Positions 24,401 through 36,200 of a stretch of DNA of 64,000 nucleotides are shown here, piece by piece. A model generated the notes under the pieces. It was not told the DNA's origin and did not search any database. It saw only the letters and a program-made list of their open reading frames with translations. Position 1 is the first letter of the stretch, and each line of letters begins with the position of its first letter. The position numbers were made by a program, and so were the translations under genes. The DNA is from Cyanophora paradoxa CCMP329 (taxonomy: Eukaryota > Plantae > Glaucophyta), in assembly GCA_004431415.1 (NCBI GenBank), contig QPMI01000071.1:434001-498000 (forward strand), given 5' to 3'.

Positions 24401-27400
24401 CGGCGGCGGCACGACCGATCCTGCGGGCGGGTGGCGTGAGATTCATTCATTTGAAGGGCGACGCGGGTCGCTCTAGAAGGGGATCCAGAGAGGAGATCAA
24501 ATCGCACCGTCGAGGGCGGCGGAGAAGGGGTCGGCGGCGTAGCGGCCGTCCGGGGCGCGCCCGCCGAAGAGGAGCACGTGGCCCGGGGCGGTGACGACGG
24601 CCGAGGCGCGCGAGGCTGGCGGGAGGCCGCCCGGCCGCGTCTCGAGCCACTCCCCGCGGGGCTGGTCCGCGGACGCGTTCATCCACTCTGCGGGCGGGCG
24701 GGCGGGAGGGGGGCGGGCGGGCGCGGCGGTCAGGCCAATAGGATCGGGCAAGGGCGACTTCGGCTGAACTAGGTATGTATACGTGTGAACTTCCTTCTTG
24801 CATTTGCGGAACTTGACTAGATCAGGATATTTTAATGACTTGACCTTAAGCTTCTAGCAGCGGCGACTTCGACAATATGTAATCCGTGACTGAACCGAAC
24901 AGACCCGCAATGATAGTAACAGACTATGATGAACAGTACGCTTAAGAACAACGGAATGGGAATAAATGAATTTTGAACGCACGAGGAGCGCCCTGGAGGC
25001 AGAACGCGAAGAAGGCATCGGCGGCGATGACGCCGTGCTGGTCGTAGCCGCCCGAGACGATCCTAAGAAGAAGAAGGAAGCAGGTTAACGTTGAGCAACG
25101 GGGGATCGGAAGCGTGGGGGACGGGAAGCAGAGGGGGCACCAAGTGGGGGCGGCCGTGACGCTGTTGGGGTTGAGCAGGAGGAACGAGGCGGCGCCGGCG
25201 CGGGCCGGCGGCGAGGAGGAGATGGAGCCGTTCACGTCGGTGTCGAGCTCGACCCACCGGCGCTGGCCCAGGTCGAAGGCCTGAGGGGGCGTGAGCGATC
25301 GATCGAGTGGATGTCGCTCTTGTTTTGAGTTCCGACGGCACGCACCCAGGTGTCGCCGAGGAAGGTGGGGGGCCTGACGGCCTCGTTGGCACCGCCGAAG
25401 ACGAAGAGCCTGCGGGCGGGGCGGGGCGGGCGGCGCGTCAGGCCGGAGCGGAGGGGGCGGCGGGGCCGGGCCGCGGGCGCACTGGTTGCCGTGGACTTCG
25501 ACGGCGGCTTCCTCGCGGGGCGGCGGCTGCGTGCGCGGCCCGGGGCTGTTCCAGTCCGCCGCGCTGATCGCCGGCTGCGGCGCGACGCGCTGCGCAGGAG
25601 GAAGCGTGAGCGGACCAACAGCAACAACAAGCTTAAGAGCGACGAAGACGAAAGCGGCCGGCAGCTCGCCTGCCACGTGTCCGCTTCGACGTCGTACAGG
25701 AGCACGTCCCCTCGCGGCCCCGTGCACCCGTCGTGCCCGCCGAACAGGACGAGGTACAGCTTGTTCGGGTAGTTCACGTCCGTCCACGGGTGGAGCGAGG
25801 CGCCGCGGCGGCCGCAGGTGAGGTTCGCGCCGGCGCCGTCGGCGTCGCCAGGCGGAGGCGTAAGCTGCGGGCGGGACGCTTAGAATAGCTCAAGCGTTGA
25901 AGCGCTCTAAGGACAAATTAAATGAGCTCGCCTTCTTCCAGTAGGCGGAGGTGGCGTTCGTCACGTTGTTGAACGTGGGCGCGTTGAGCGTCGCGTTGTA
26001 GGCCTGCCGCCGTCGAGGTCAGAGGCGCGTGGGCGGAGCGGAAAGGCGTCGGGGCGGGGCGGGGCGGACGGTGTGGTTGTTGCCGCGGGTGTAGTTGCCC
26101 CACGTCGAGTTCACCGCGAGCGACTGGTTGCCTGCGTCGCAGCGAGCCAGCGGATAGATCAGAGGAGCGGGCCGCTGTCGGGGCTGGGGGCTTTTATAGC
26201 TAGGGCTCTCCAAAGATATCGCGAAAGGTAATATAATATCAAATGTGTAATATCCTCTAGTGGGATTTTCTAACTGATTCTCAAAAGAAGGAGGAGGAGC
26301 TCGGAGCGGCCGCACCGGCGACGAAGACCCAGAAGTCGTTGAGGTAGTGGCCGGGGTCGGGGCCCGTCGTGCCTCCGTAGATCCACAGCTTGGCCGTCGC
26401 TGCGGGGCGGCCGCGGCCGACAAGTCAGCCGAGAGCTTCCAAACAAACGCTTTCTAGAACGTTTCTAAAGCTTCCGAAGAAACGCTTTCTAGGGCGTCTA
26501 ATTTCTGAGGTGGGGGCGCACAGGATGCCATGTCGACGCCGCTGCCGGCGACGGCGGCGCGGGCGCGGGGCACGGGCCCGTCGGGCGGCACGCCGACCGA
26601 ATACCACGTCGCCGTCCGCTGCGGCGAAAATTTCAGAATTCAGAATTTCGAACTTCGAACAGAACCCGAATGAAGAAGAAGGCGTACCCGGAGATCGTAG
26701 GCGACGAAGTCGTTCATGACGCGGAAATCGGGGGAATCCAGCTCGCCTGCCGGAGGGGTACGGCGCCTCGGCGGGGTACGGCGCGGAGAAGGGGGGACGG
26801 GGCGGGGCGGGGCGGGGTAGAGGCGCGCGCGCGCTCACCGACGGAGCCGAAGGGAATGTAGACAAGGTCACCGGCGGCGGCCGCCTGCCCGTCGCGTCCC
26901 TTCATGTCTGCTCAGGGGCTCAGGGGTACAGGACGCGAGAGAGGGGAGAGGGGGGGAGGGGGGGTACAGACCGAGGAGGCGGCGACGGGCGACGGAGGCG
27001 GCGCGGTTGGGGCCCGCGAGGGGCGCGCCCGTAGCCTCCTTGAAACCCTGCCGCGGGATTAAGAAGAGAGAGGAAGCGAAGAGGAGAAAGAAGGGGCGGA
27101 CGGCTCCGGCGCGCTGCTGGCCGCGGGCGAAGCCGTTGGTCTGCGGGGGCGGGAGAAGACGTCGGGTCAGATCAGGTGAGCGCGGGGCGCAAGAGCAATC
27201 GCCGCGTGCGCACGGATCCGATGGGGGCGGGGCGGGGCGACCCGGGGCGGCCCGAGCCCAGGCCCGAGCCGACGCGGTCGGACCACGAACCGACGCCCGA
27301 GGCGCGCTCACGGGTCTCCTGCTCCCGGGCGTGAGCCAAACTCGGAGGGGGGACAGGCGGGCAGGAGAAGAGAGAGGCGGGCGGGCGCGACGATAACATA

Positions 27401-30400
27401 ATGACCATCGTAATTTCTCTCTCTAGAACTGAGCTCTTAAAGACATGGCGGGCGGGGCGCGGACGCGGCACCTTGCGGCCCTCTTAACACGTCTACAGAC
27501 TATTAACGGCGATTTTTAAGGGCGGGGCGGGCGGGGCACCTTGCGGCCCTCTTAACACGTCTACAGACTATAACGGCGATTTTTAAGGGCGGGGCGGGCG
27601 GGGCACCTTGCGGCCCTCGTAGGCGGCGCGGAGTGAGGCGAGGTAAGCCTTGAGCTCCGCCTCGCGCGGGCTCAGGCTCGACGCGTCGTTGTCGCTCTCG
27701 TCGTCCTGCTCGGGCGGGGGCGCGCGTCAGTCAGGTCTAGGTGGGCACGAACTCGAGGAGCTCAAGGAGGTGGTTCTTGTCTATCTATCTGTTAGGTCTA
27801 GGATAGGTTCGAGGGCTCGTGCGCTTACCCGCTCGAGGGCGCGGCGGCGGGCGGCGGGGGCCTCCGCCTCGGGAACCGGGTTCGAGACCGGGCGCGTCCG
27901 CTTCTCGGAGGCCGGCGCAGGCTTGGCCAGGCACCCTGTGAACGAAGGAAGGACCAGCGTGAGACCGCGAAGAAGAAGAAAAAGAAGAGAAGAAAAGAGA
28001 AGAAAGAGAGAAAGAGGCTCTCGCGCACCCTCCCAGGAGCCGTCGCGGAGGGCGTCGAAGGGCGGCGAGGCAGCGTCGCCGGACCAGCGGAGCCAGTAGA
28101 GCGAGTCGGCGACGACGGCGACCTAAGTAAGCAAGGAGTAAGAGAAAGGAACAAGAAAGGAAGGAGGGAAGGAAGGAGCGGACGGGGCGGCCGGAGTCGG
28201 CGGCGCGTGCGAAGGCGTCGCGGCCGTCGGGGTCCGCGCCCCCACGCGCCGCGGAGAGGACCGCCTGTCCCAGAGAGAGTCAAGCGATCTTAACTGATTT
28301 CGTGCACAAAAGAGGGCGGGCGGGCGGACCTGGCGCCCGGCGAAGAGAACGGAGTCGGCGAGGCAGCGGGTGAGCGGGTCGCCGGCCGCCGAGAGGACCG
28401 CATCGTGCTGGACGTCCTGGGAACGAATTTAGAAGAAGAAGAAGAAGAAGAAGAAGTTAGGAGGAGGATTCGTTTGTTTGTTTGAAGTCGCGCGGGCAGT
28501 AAGGCAGCACTAGTCGTAGGCGTCATTCCCGATTCGAAAGGGCAAGTCGCGTACCTTGGGCGACGGGAGGCGGCGGAAGGCAAAGTCCGCTGCGGCGAAA
28601 AAGAAGAGATCGGTCGCCCGAGAAAAAGGGAGCAGGGGGAGGGGGGAAGGGATCGCGGGGGGGGGTACCGTGGATGAGGGTCACGTGGGACGCGAGAAGA
28701 GTCGCGCGCGTGGCGCCCGCCGCCTGCAGACGCGATCGTGAGCGCAGGGTCGGATCGCGACGGAGGGGCCGGGCCGGGGCGGGGCGGGCCGGGCCGGGCA
28801 GGACTAAGAAGAAGACGAATGCGGCCGGCGGGGCCGGCCGGCCCGGCGGCCTGGCCTTGGGCGGCGGGCGGACCCGTGGAGGGACGGGGCGGGAAAGGAG
28901 GAAGGGGGCAGTAGGGGGGGCCGGCGTTTCAAGCTTAAGGGCCGGAGCGGACTCGAACTCGGGGGGCGGGGAGGCGGCCGGGCGCCCCCGATATCGGACG
29001 GGGCGGGGCGGGGCAGAACGCGAGTGCGCGCGGCGAGGAACTAAAGGCTGTCTCGAGCTCTTATCATAAGGAGCTTTTTATAAGAAACTGAAATTGATTC
29101 TTTAGTTTTAAGCAGGGCGCACCGCGAGGAACTTCTCGACGGCGTTGAGCTTGAGGACGACGTTCGACTCCTGCAGAGGGCTTTTTTCAGTGCTGCGAGG
29201 GCGAGGGCGAGGCGGGCGGGCGGGCGGGCGCGGGCGCGCCATGAGGAGGATGTAGGGCGCGCGGGCGAGGGCGGCGCCGGCGGAGCGGGCGCCCGCGAGC
29301 GACGAGTCGCTGCGGCGGAGGATGGTCCACCCGGCGCCCTCCTCGCGCCAGGCCGACTCCAGGTCGGCGAGGTACCCCTCCGTCTCCTCCGAGGTCGACC
29401 CGGCGTCCACCAGGATAACCTCGAGCGCCTTGAACGTCTGCGGAATTCAAAGAGACTCGCTCAGTTCTTCTTCCGAGAAGAAGCGAGAAGGAGAAGGAGC
29501 GGGCGATCGCGAGAGTGGATGGAGGAGGAGGGCGCGCTGCTCGCCTGCTGCTTAAGGGAGCGGAGAGCGGCGCGGAGCATGACGGGCTGGTCCCGGTGCG
29601 TGATCACGACGCTCACGGCCGGCTCGCCCGCCTCGGCGGCGCGCTGCGCCTCCCACGGGATCGCGGAAGCCGCGGCCGGGGCCGGGGCCTCGCGCGGCTG
29701 CAGGGAAGCAACCCAGCGCGCCCAGCGCTCGGCGTCGCCCTGCGGGTGCGCATTAGAATAGGAGCGCGGGTTGGACGGGTAGAAGCCACGCACATCGCCA
29801 CCAGAGGGCTCCTCGTCGACGTAGATGTGGCCTCCGGCCGCGTCGGCGTCTGCCGGGATTGTGAGGCGCGGGCGCGCGGGCAGGGCAGGGCAGAAAGAAA
29901 GGCGGGGGTGGAGTTCGAGGCCGGACCGGCGGCGGCGGCGGAGGAGGCGGCGGCGGCGTCGGGGGCCACTGCGGCGTCCGCGAGGCGAAGGGCGAGGCCG
30001 GCGTGCCGGTCGTGCTCCTGGGGGGCCGGGCCGGAGGGCAGGAGCAGGGCGACGGCGGCGCGGGGGAGGGCGAGCCCCTGGGCGCGGGCCTGCAGCGGCT
30101 CGAGGGCGAGGGCCGCGGGGCCGGCGAAGACGACGACGTCGGCCTGCTCCCCGCGAATCTTCTCGAGGACCTGCGCGCGGGGCTCCGTCAGGCGCGCGGG
30201 GCGCGGGGCGGGAACGACAACTTCGAGCTTCGACTCCCGCGACGGACCTGGAAGGAGCGGGCGGCGTCGACGTGGGAGCCGGAGAGCGCGTGCGCGTTGA
30301 CGAGGAGGCGGACGTCGACCCCGCGGAGCGCGCCGAAGGCCTCCTCGTGCTTCAGGGCCGGCCCGCAGAGCAGGACCGAGACGCGGTGCCCGCGGGCCAG

Positions 30401-30719
30401 GAGCGCCTCGGCGAGCGCCTTGCCGCGCGCGTCGGCGTCCGACGTGACCAGGAGCACCGACGCGCTCGACCTGACCGACACGTCCGGCACCGCGGGGAGG
30501 GGCCCTGCGCAGAGCGCGCAATCAGTTGCACGCTCCTGGGTCGATGCGACCGGCCATGGCCAGTCGCCACGTCGTGGAGGGGCAAGTCAAGGGCGCGCGC
30601 GAACCGGCCGGAGTCTTCGTAAGGGCGAACGCCAGCAGCGCCGCCGAGAAGCACAGGACGGCGCGGAGGGCAATTGCTGCTGTGCCGGCTCTCGCCGGCG
30701 GGTCTCGCCTCGTCCTCAT
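21467..30719 (-). CDS. Secreted multidomain protein: degenerate GT4-N-like and GT2-like domains, linker, Kelch propeller, FN3 and further beta-rich domains
   Basis: N-terminal hydrophobic segment IALRAVLCFSAALLAFAL. LAEALLARGHRVSVL (GT4 N-terminus like). VSVVITHRDQP...LEVILVDAGS...GARSAGAALARAPYILLM and VAVVADSLYWLR (GT2). Kelch blades LVLFGGHDG, LFVFGGAN, IVSGGYD, LLFGGR. FN3 LEGLQPGTPYQIVARS. The frame was traced continuously across the GT-Kelch linker exons. Last exon ends ...VLELGASA* at 21467. Confidence 0.75.
27468..27617 (-). repeat. Intronic ~68-bp tandem duplication giving three copies of an exon end plus donor site
   Basis: GAGGGCCGCAAG|gtgcc occurs three times on the minus strand, separated by near-identical spacers. 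Confidence 0.9.
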
Positions 30720-31837
30720 CGTGCCCGTACCGTGCTGCTGCCTAGGCCTGCAGCCACGTCCGAAGCGCGCTCTACGCAGGAATTCTCGAACGCAGACTCG
30801 GGCCGGGAGCTTCTAGAAAGATCGCTGCGTCGCGTAGTCGGCTCGGCTGGACTCGGGAGTCGGGAGCTGGGCGCGAGCAGCTGATCGGATGCGAAGCCTG
30901 CAGCAGCTGCTGCTGGACCTAGATGGGGGAACTTGCTCGGTGCTCACACGCGCACGCGAACCGTGAGCTGCAGCTGCTAGACGCGTACGCTATAGTTAGC
31001 GATCGCTAAGCATGCCATCGGTCCATCGCACGTCGGCAACCCTACCCGAAACTTTTTTTTTGGGCCGAAAGGCGCTCAAGCTTAGAAAGCGGAATTCCCT
31101 TGACTCAGTAATATGATGGGCTCGCTGGGCAGCCGGGCGCCTGGGCTCAGATGGCCGGATCGCCGTCGATTCGCCGACCAGCTACCGTACAGATCTTGCC
31201 AGGCTTGCATTGCGTATACCTTGCAAGCGCGGCTTGATCACAAGCCATGACTTCAAAAGTCGCGCACGCGGCGACTCGGCGTCGAGTCGGCGATCGCGAA
31301 CGCTCGTCTCGAGCACGTCACTGTGACGTCAGCTGTTGATCCGTCTTCACGTGCGCGCGGTGCACGTGTGTCCGACTCTGGAATCCGGATACGAGATTCC
31401 GAGTCCGTCACTGTCCGACGTCGAGTCGTCGACGCTGGCGGCTGCATGGACTTCGACTCGGTGAATTCGCCGAGTCGGGGCCCGGGGGTTGGGCTCAGAC
31501 GGCGGGGTACGCGTTATATAGCGCATGCATGGACGCAGCATATGCATGGACCTAGCTGCTGCATGGTCTCCGCGGCGTTTCGATTGATGCTCGATGAATG
31601 AATGATCAAGCCTTTGACTTGGCTTAAAGCCGTAAAATTTTTGCTAGTCTTGCGGGCTAGTTCAAGCCTACTAGTAGTTCCAGCCAACTTCCGGGCCAAC
31701 TTCCGGCCCTCGCCGCCTCGCGATCGAATCTAGAGCGCTAGCCAGATTAGAGGACTGGCCGGCGGCCAAGCCGGCTTGCTAGCCGGCCAATTTGGGTACC
31801 GGTGGCCCGGCGGTGGGGGCCCGGGGCGCCTGAACTA

Positions 31838-32033
31838 CTGTCATATGCATGGTATTATGTTAGACGGGTTTTTAGTTAGACGTTTGCCCACCCACCATGA
31901 TAGACGTGGACAAAGTTAGACGAGGTTCTGGCCGCTCCACAGGCGGTATTATGGCGTACCCCCTGTTAGACGAGCTAAATTTCTCGTCTATCCGCGTCTA
32001 ACTTAATACCCGTCTAAGATAATACCATGACAG
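31838..32033. mobile_element. MITE with TA target-site duplication (Tc1/mariner-like)
   Basis: Left end CTGTCAT[ATGCAT]GGTATTATGTTAGACGGGT matches the reverse complement of the right end CTGTCATGGTATTATCTTAGACGGGT. Flanked by TA on both sides, with internal TTAGACG repeats. Confidence 0.85.
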
Positions 32034-32133
32034 TATAGCGAGGCGGCCGAATTCGAAACCCCGGCAAGCCGCCCCTTGAAGCCGGCCCGCGGGCGGGGCT
32101 GCCGGGCTAGGGGTTTAAATTTTTAGCCAATTT

Positions 32134-32384
32134 CACAGCTCGTTTTTTTTACCGGTCGACCCGACACGGCCAAATATCCGGTTTCGTTAAATTCCCCTCG
32201 GGTTTTCGGAATTCCCCGGCTTTAGCTAGTGCAATCTACCCGGTAGCATGCCGGCTACGTACAAGCTGTTAAACGTTGCGAGGAGACTAGCCGTTTTGCG
32301 GCGGGTGAAAAGTTATCGCGATCGCCGGCTACCCTTGCCCATATCCGGGCCGTGTTGGGTCGATTAGGAAAAAAACGAGCTGTG
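32134..32384. mobile_element. MITE with CACAG termini and a 3-bp TSD (CACTA/CMC-like)
   Basis: CACAGCTCGTTTTTTTTACCGGTCGACCCGACACGGCC pairs with the reverse complement CACAGCTCGTTTTTTTCCTAATCGACCCAACACGGCC. TTT on both flanks. Confidence 0.8.
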
Positions 32385-33282
32385 TTTGCAACTGCCCAAG
32401 CCAGAAGTTCCAGAACCCAAGCGGGCCAACCCGGCCAAGCCCCCGGGCCATGCCATCTTTCCACTAGTAATGGCATGGGCCATCTGTAGCTATATGCGTT
32501 GAAATTGTGGCGGCTGTGTAGCCTGCTTGTCGCAGTCTCCAGCTTGCATTTGCCCAGTGATCTCGCTGAAGTGAGCTTTTTTAGCGAAGATCCCAACGGG
32601 GGTGCTGTTTAATTTGGACAGGCCACTGTTTAGTCATGATCACGGGTGCAAGTCACCGAGTGTCGGGCCCGGGGGCCCGAGATCTCAAGCTTAAGGCCTC
32701 GAGCTTCGTGATCAGTGAGCCCGGCGGCCTGCGCATGCGCGCCCCGTAGAGGAAGGCGCGCGCGGGCCTCGGAGGCGCATCGCTCGATGATAGATCTAGA
32801 TCTACTAGAGGGCGGCTCTGGCACGCCACTTCCGGCCTGCCGCAGTGGCACCGGACAGCTAAAGTGGGATCAAGTTCTCCGGATCCTCCGAGGCTCTCTT
32901 TCAAGTTCTCCGTATCTTGTTTTGATCATGAGAGACTACGGAGGGGCGAGCCCCCCGTATATGATGAGAAAACAAAGAGATATATCAAATCAAAGATATA
33001 CAGCAGACACTCGCGAAATATTAATGCATAATCAAGAGGCGCTGAGGGATCACGGTAAGGGGCACGATCGGAAGAACGCAAATTTAAAGGATAAGGAGAA
33101 CGAAAACGAGGATAAGTAGTAGAAGAGCTTACGGACGTCGACGCAGCCGCCGAGCAGTCTCACTACTATATATAGTTTCGTCTGCGTGTACATATACGTA
33201 TACGTAGTAGTATATTAAGGTAATGTAATATCGCTATACAATATGCTTGTGCAGAGCAAGCCTGCAGCTGGAAGAACTAGTA

Positions 33283-36200
33283 TTATATAAAGAATATATT
33301 GCGAAAAGCACGGGAGCTCGCGGGCGGCGGGGCGGGGGCGGGGGCTTCGTCGCCCCGCCAGAAAGGAGAGAGGTCCCGAGCCGCGAGCTGATCTTGCAGT
33401 CTCGCGTCTTCGAATTCGTACAGCGCGGCGGCCGAGCGCCGTCGCGACGGAGCGGCGGAGGGAGCAGCTGCGCGGCCGTCCGCGGCGCTCGAGCTCGAGG
33501 GAGGCTGGCTGGCCCCGCGGTCTGAAATGGATTGGACGCGGGGGCGGGATCGGCCCCGCGCCGCGGCGTCGGCTGCAGCTGGGGCGGAGGGGGCGTAGTC
33601 CGAAGCGGACGTCGCCGAGGAAGGGACGAGGGGCGGCGGGTCCGGCTTGCGCGCTCCGCCGCGCGGGGCGGAGCGGGAGCGGGCGCGCTCTGGAGCCGGG
33701 GGCGGGGGCGGGGGCGGGGGCGGGGGTCCGGGCGAGGCTCGCTCTCGCTGCGAGCCCGCCTTGCGAGCATCGCCGTCCGAGTCGGGAGTCAATCCGGGTG
33801 GCGGCCCCGGCGGGCGCCCGGAGCCTGCCGCGGGCGCGAGAGGCGGCGGCACTGCGACGACCCCCTCCATCTCGGTCTCATCGAGGTCCGAGAGGGTCTC
33901 GACCGCCTTGAGCCCGTGCCGTTTCTGCAGGAACTTCTTGCTGAAGACGTACACGAGGAAGATCTGGGCCACGGTCCCCATGGCCGCCCCGCTGTGGGGC
34001 GCGCGGTGAGCGCGGCCCGCGGAGTCATGAGCGCGGAGGAAGCCCACCTGAGCGACGCGAGGTTCGCGAGCATGTCGAGGATCGTGGCCTTCTGCGTTCG
34101 CCGGACGAGGTAGTAGATCTGCCACGCAGTGATTAATGTTTAGAATCAATACGGATCTGCTGGCACTCAAAAGCGGATCTCGCGCAGCACCGTACCTGGG
34201 CGACCTCAAAGGCGGCGACGAAGGTGACGCGCTCCTCGTCGCAGCGCTCTAACGGGCGGCCCGCCGGGCACAGCGTCTGCCGAATTCGAACGAGTCCGGG
34301 CAGTCAGGATGCATATGGGCGGCTCAGCTGGGCGGCTCTGACGCACGAAGGAGGCGGTGTCGCGCTCGGCGGGGCGGTTGTCGGCCGACGCCACAGCGAT
34401 CGTGAACCGCGGCGCGCCGTCCTCCTCGCTGCTGAAGTGCGTCCCTGCGAGCGAGCGCGCGTGCTCTCGTCAAGTACTGCCGCTGACAGCACGGCGATTC
34501 GCTTGGTATCCTTGGACTGACCGATGAGCGAGACAGGCAAGACGACAGGGTGGGACCCTCGGAAGACTCGCTCGGGGCTGCTCGTCGCGATCGTGCCGTT
34601 GGCCGACACAAACTGCGGCAACTGCAGGGTGCAACACATGCGCATGGTCTCGATTTCAAGAAACGCGAATAAACCCAAGGGAGCACCTGGACGTCGAATT
34701 TGGCGCCGAATGAGAGCGCGAGGCGCGAGCGCAGCGCGAAAGCGACCGTGACGTTGTTTGACGAGACGAGCCTGCGCGACGCGAGCCTCATGATCAATGC
34801 CCCGCACTGCTCGGAACGAAGCGGCAGAGATTCATTACCTGCACGAGGTGCACTCCCACATTACGCTGCTCCCGACATAAAGCGTGAGCGACGGAGCAGA
34901 TCTGATCGTGCTCAAAGAAGGCGCGCACTTGCACGAGAGGCCGTCGTCCTCCCGCTGGGCTTTCACAGAGACGGCGCCGGCGAAACCCGCGCCGTCCACC
35001 GCCACGTCCGCCAGAGCCGAGCCCGGACCCGAGCTTGCGTTCGCGGCGGCGGCGACGCAGGGGCCCCGGTAGCCCGAGAAGACCGCCGAGACGGCGAAGC
35101 GGCCCGAGATCTGCTCGGCCGACGGGGAGGCGCCCGGGTTCAAGGACCTGCGCTCGAACAAGGAAATTTTAAACGACTCATGATCACGGGCCGTTGCAAT
35201 TTCGGTATTAAGCTGGAAATCAAAGGATGCGCACTGCATGATCTGGTAGTTTGCGATCGCTGCGGGCGAAAAAGAAGAACGTCAGGCAGGCAGCGATCCG
35301 CACGAGGTTCCTATACTGCAGACGAGATCTAGAGCCCTGGCCGTTGCATGCCACTTCCGTTGGCATGCGTACTACGGAACATTAGCTCACCGAACTGCAC
35401 GAAGACGAATGCGACCGCGACGAAGGTGAATGCGATCGAAAAGGCGGTGAAGAAGCTGCCGGAGACAGATCGTCCCGCCAGCGGGTCGACCTGCGGGTCT
35501 GGATCCGCGTCGCTGTCATAGTCGACTCCGGCAGCTCCCGGATTCAGCCACGACACTTGCGGTCCGGAGATGTGGCCGCGGCCCTGCTCGCTCGCGCCCG
35601 GCGCATTTTTCCCGGTTTTGAGCTCGCCTTTCGGGCCCCTCTAAAGAGGAGTCGAAATCAGTCCGCAGACAGCGAAATTGCAATATAAATACACAGATTC
35701 GCACCTTTCCCGTCTTCGCTTTCTCGACCTTATCCTCCCTGAAAAAGATGTCGAGTCGGAGCACCTGTGCATGCGTACAAGCCATTCGAGTTAGACCTAA
35801 GGCGAAGCGCGCATTGCCGCAGTGCGTTCGCGAGGCCGGACCCTCCTAAAGCGTTTGTGGCGTTTCTCGTGATCACCACCAAGACAGCTGAGAGCGGTAC
35901 CGGTGTGGAAATCCGCAGAGTCAGCTTCTCTTAGAGCATGCGCGTTTAATAATCCAGTCATCCAGAAGGTGCGCACTGGAGGTACACATAGAGGAGAATT
36001 CCGTAGATTAACATAGCGCCTGTGACAGAAGCGCCGATGAGCCCGAACAAGAAGAAAACACGATCATTAACGTCATCCTCCGTTTTAATCTGCGTGAATA
36101 TGAGCGTGGAGAATAAAGGGGCCACGAGGACACATGCATGGGATGCTTGCCTGCGGCATCGAAATCTGCGAATCGAAATTAAACGAGTATCATGTTGCGA

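Noticed and set aside
32715-33119. 134-aa plus-strand ORF
   Set aside because: No domain and atypical composition; it lies just downstream of the neighbouring gene's stop.
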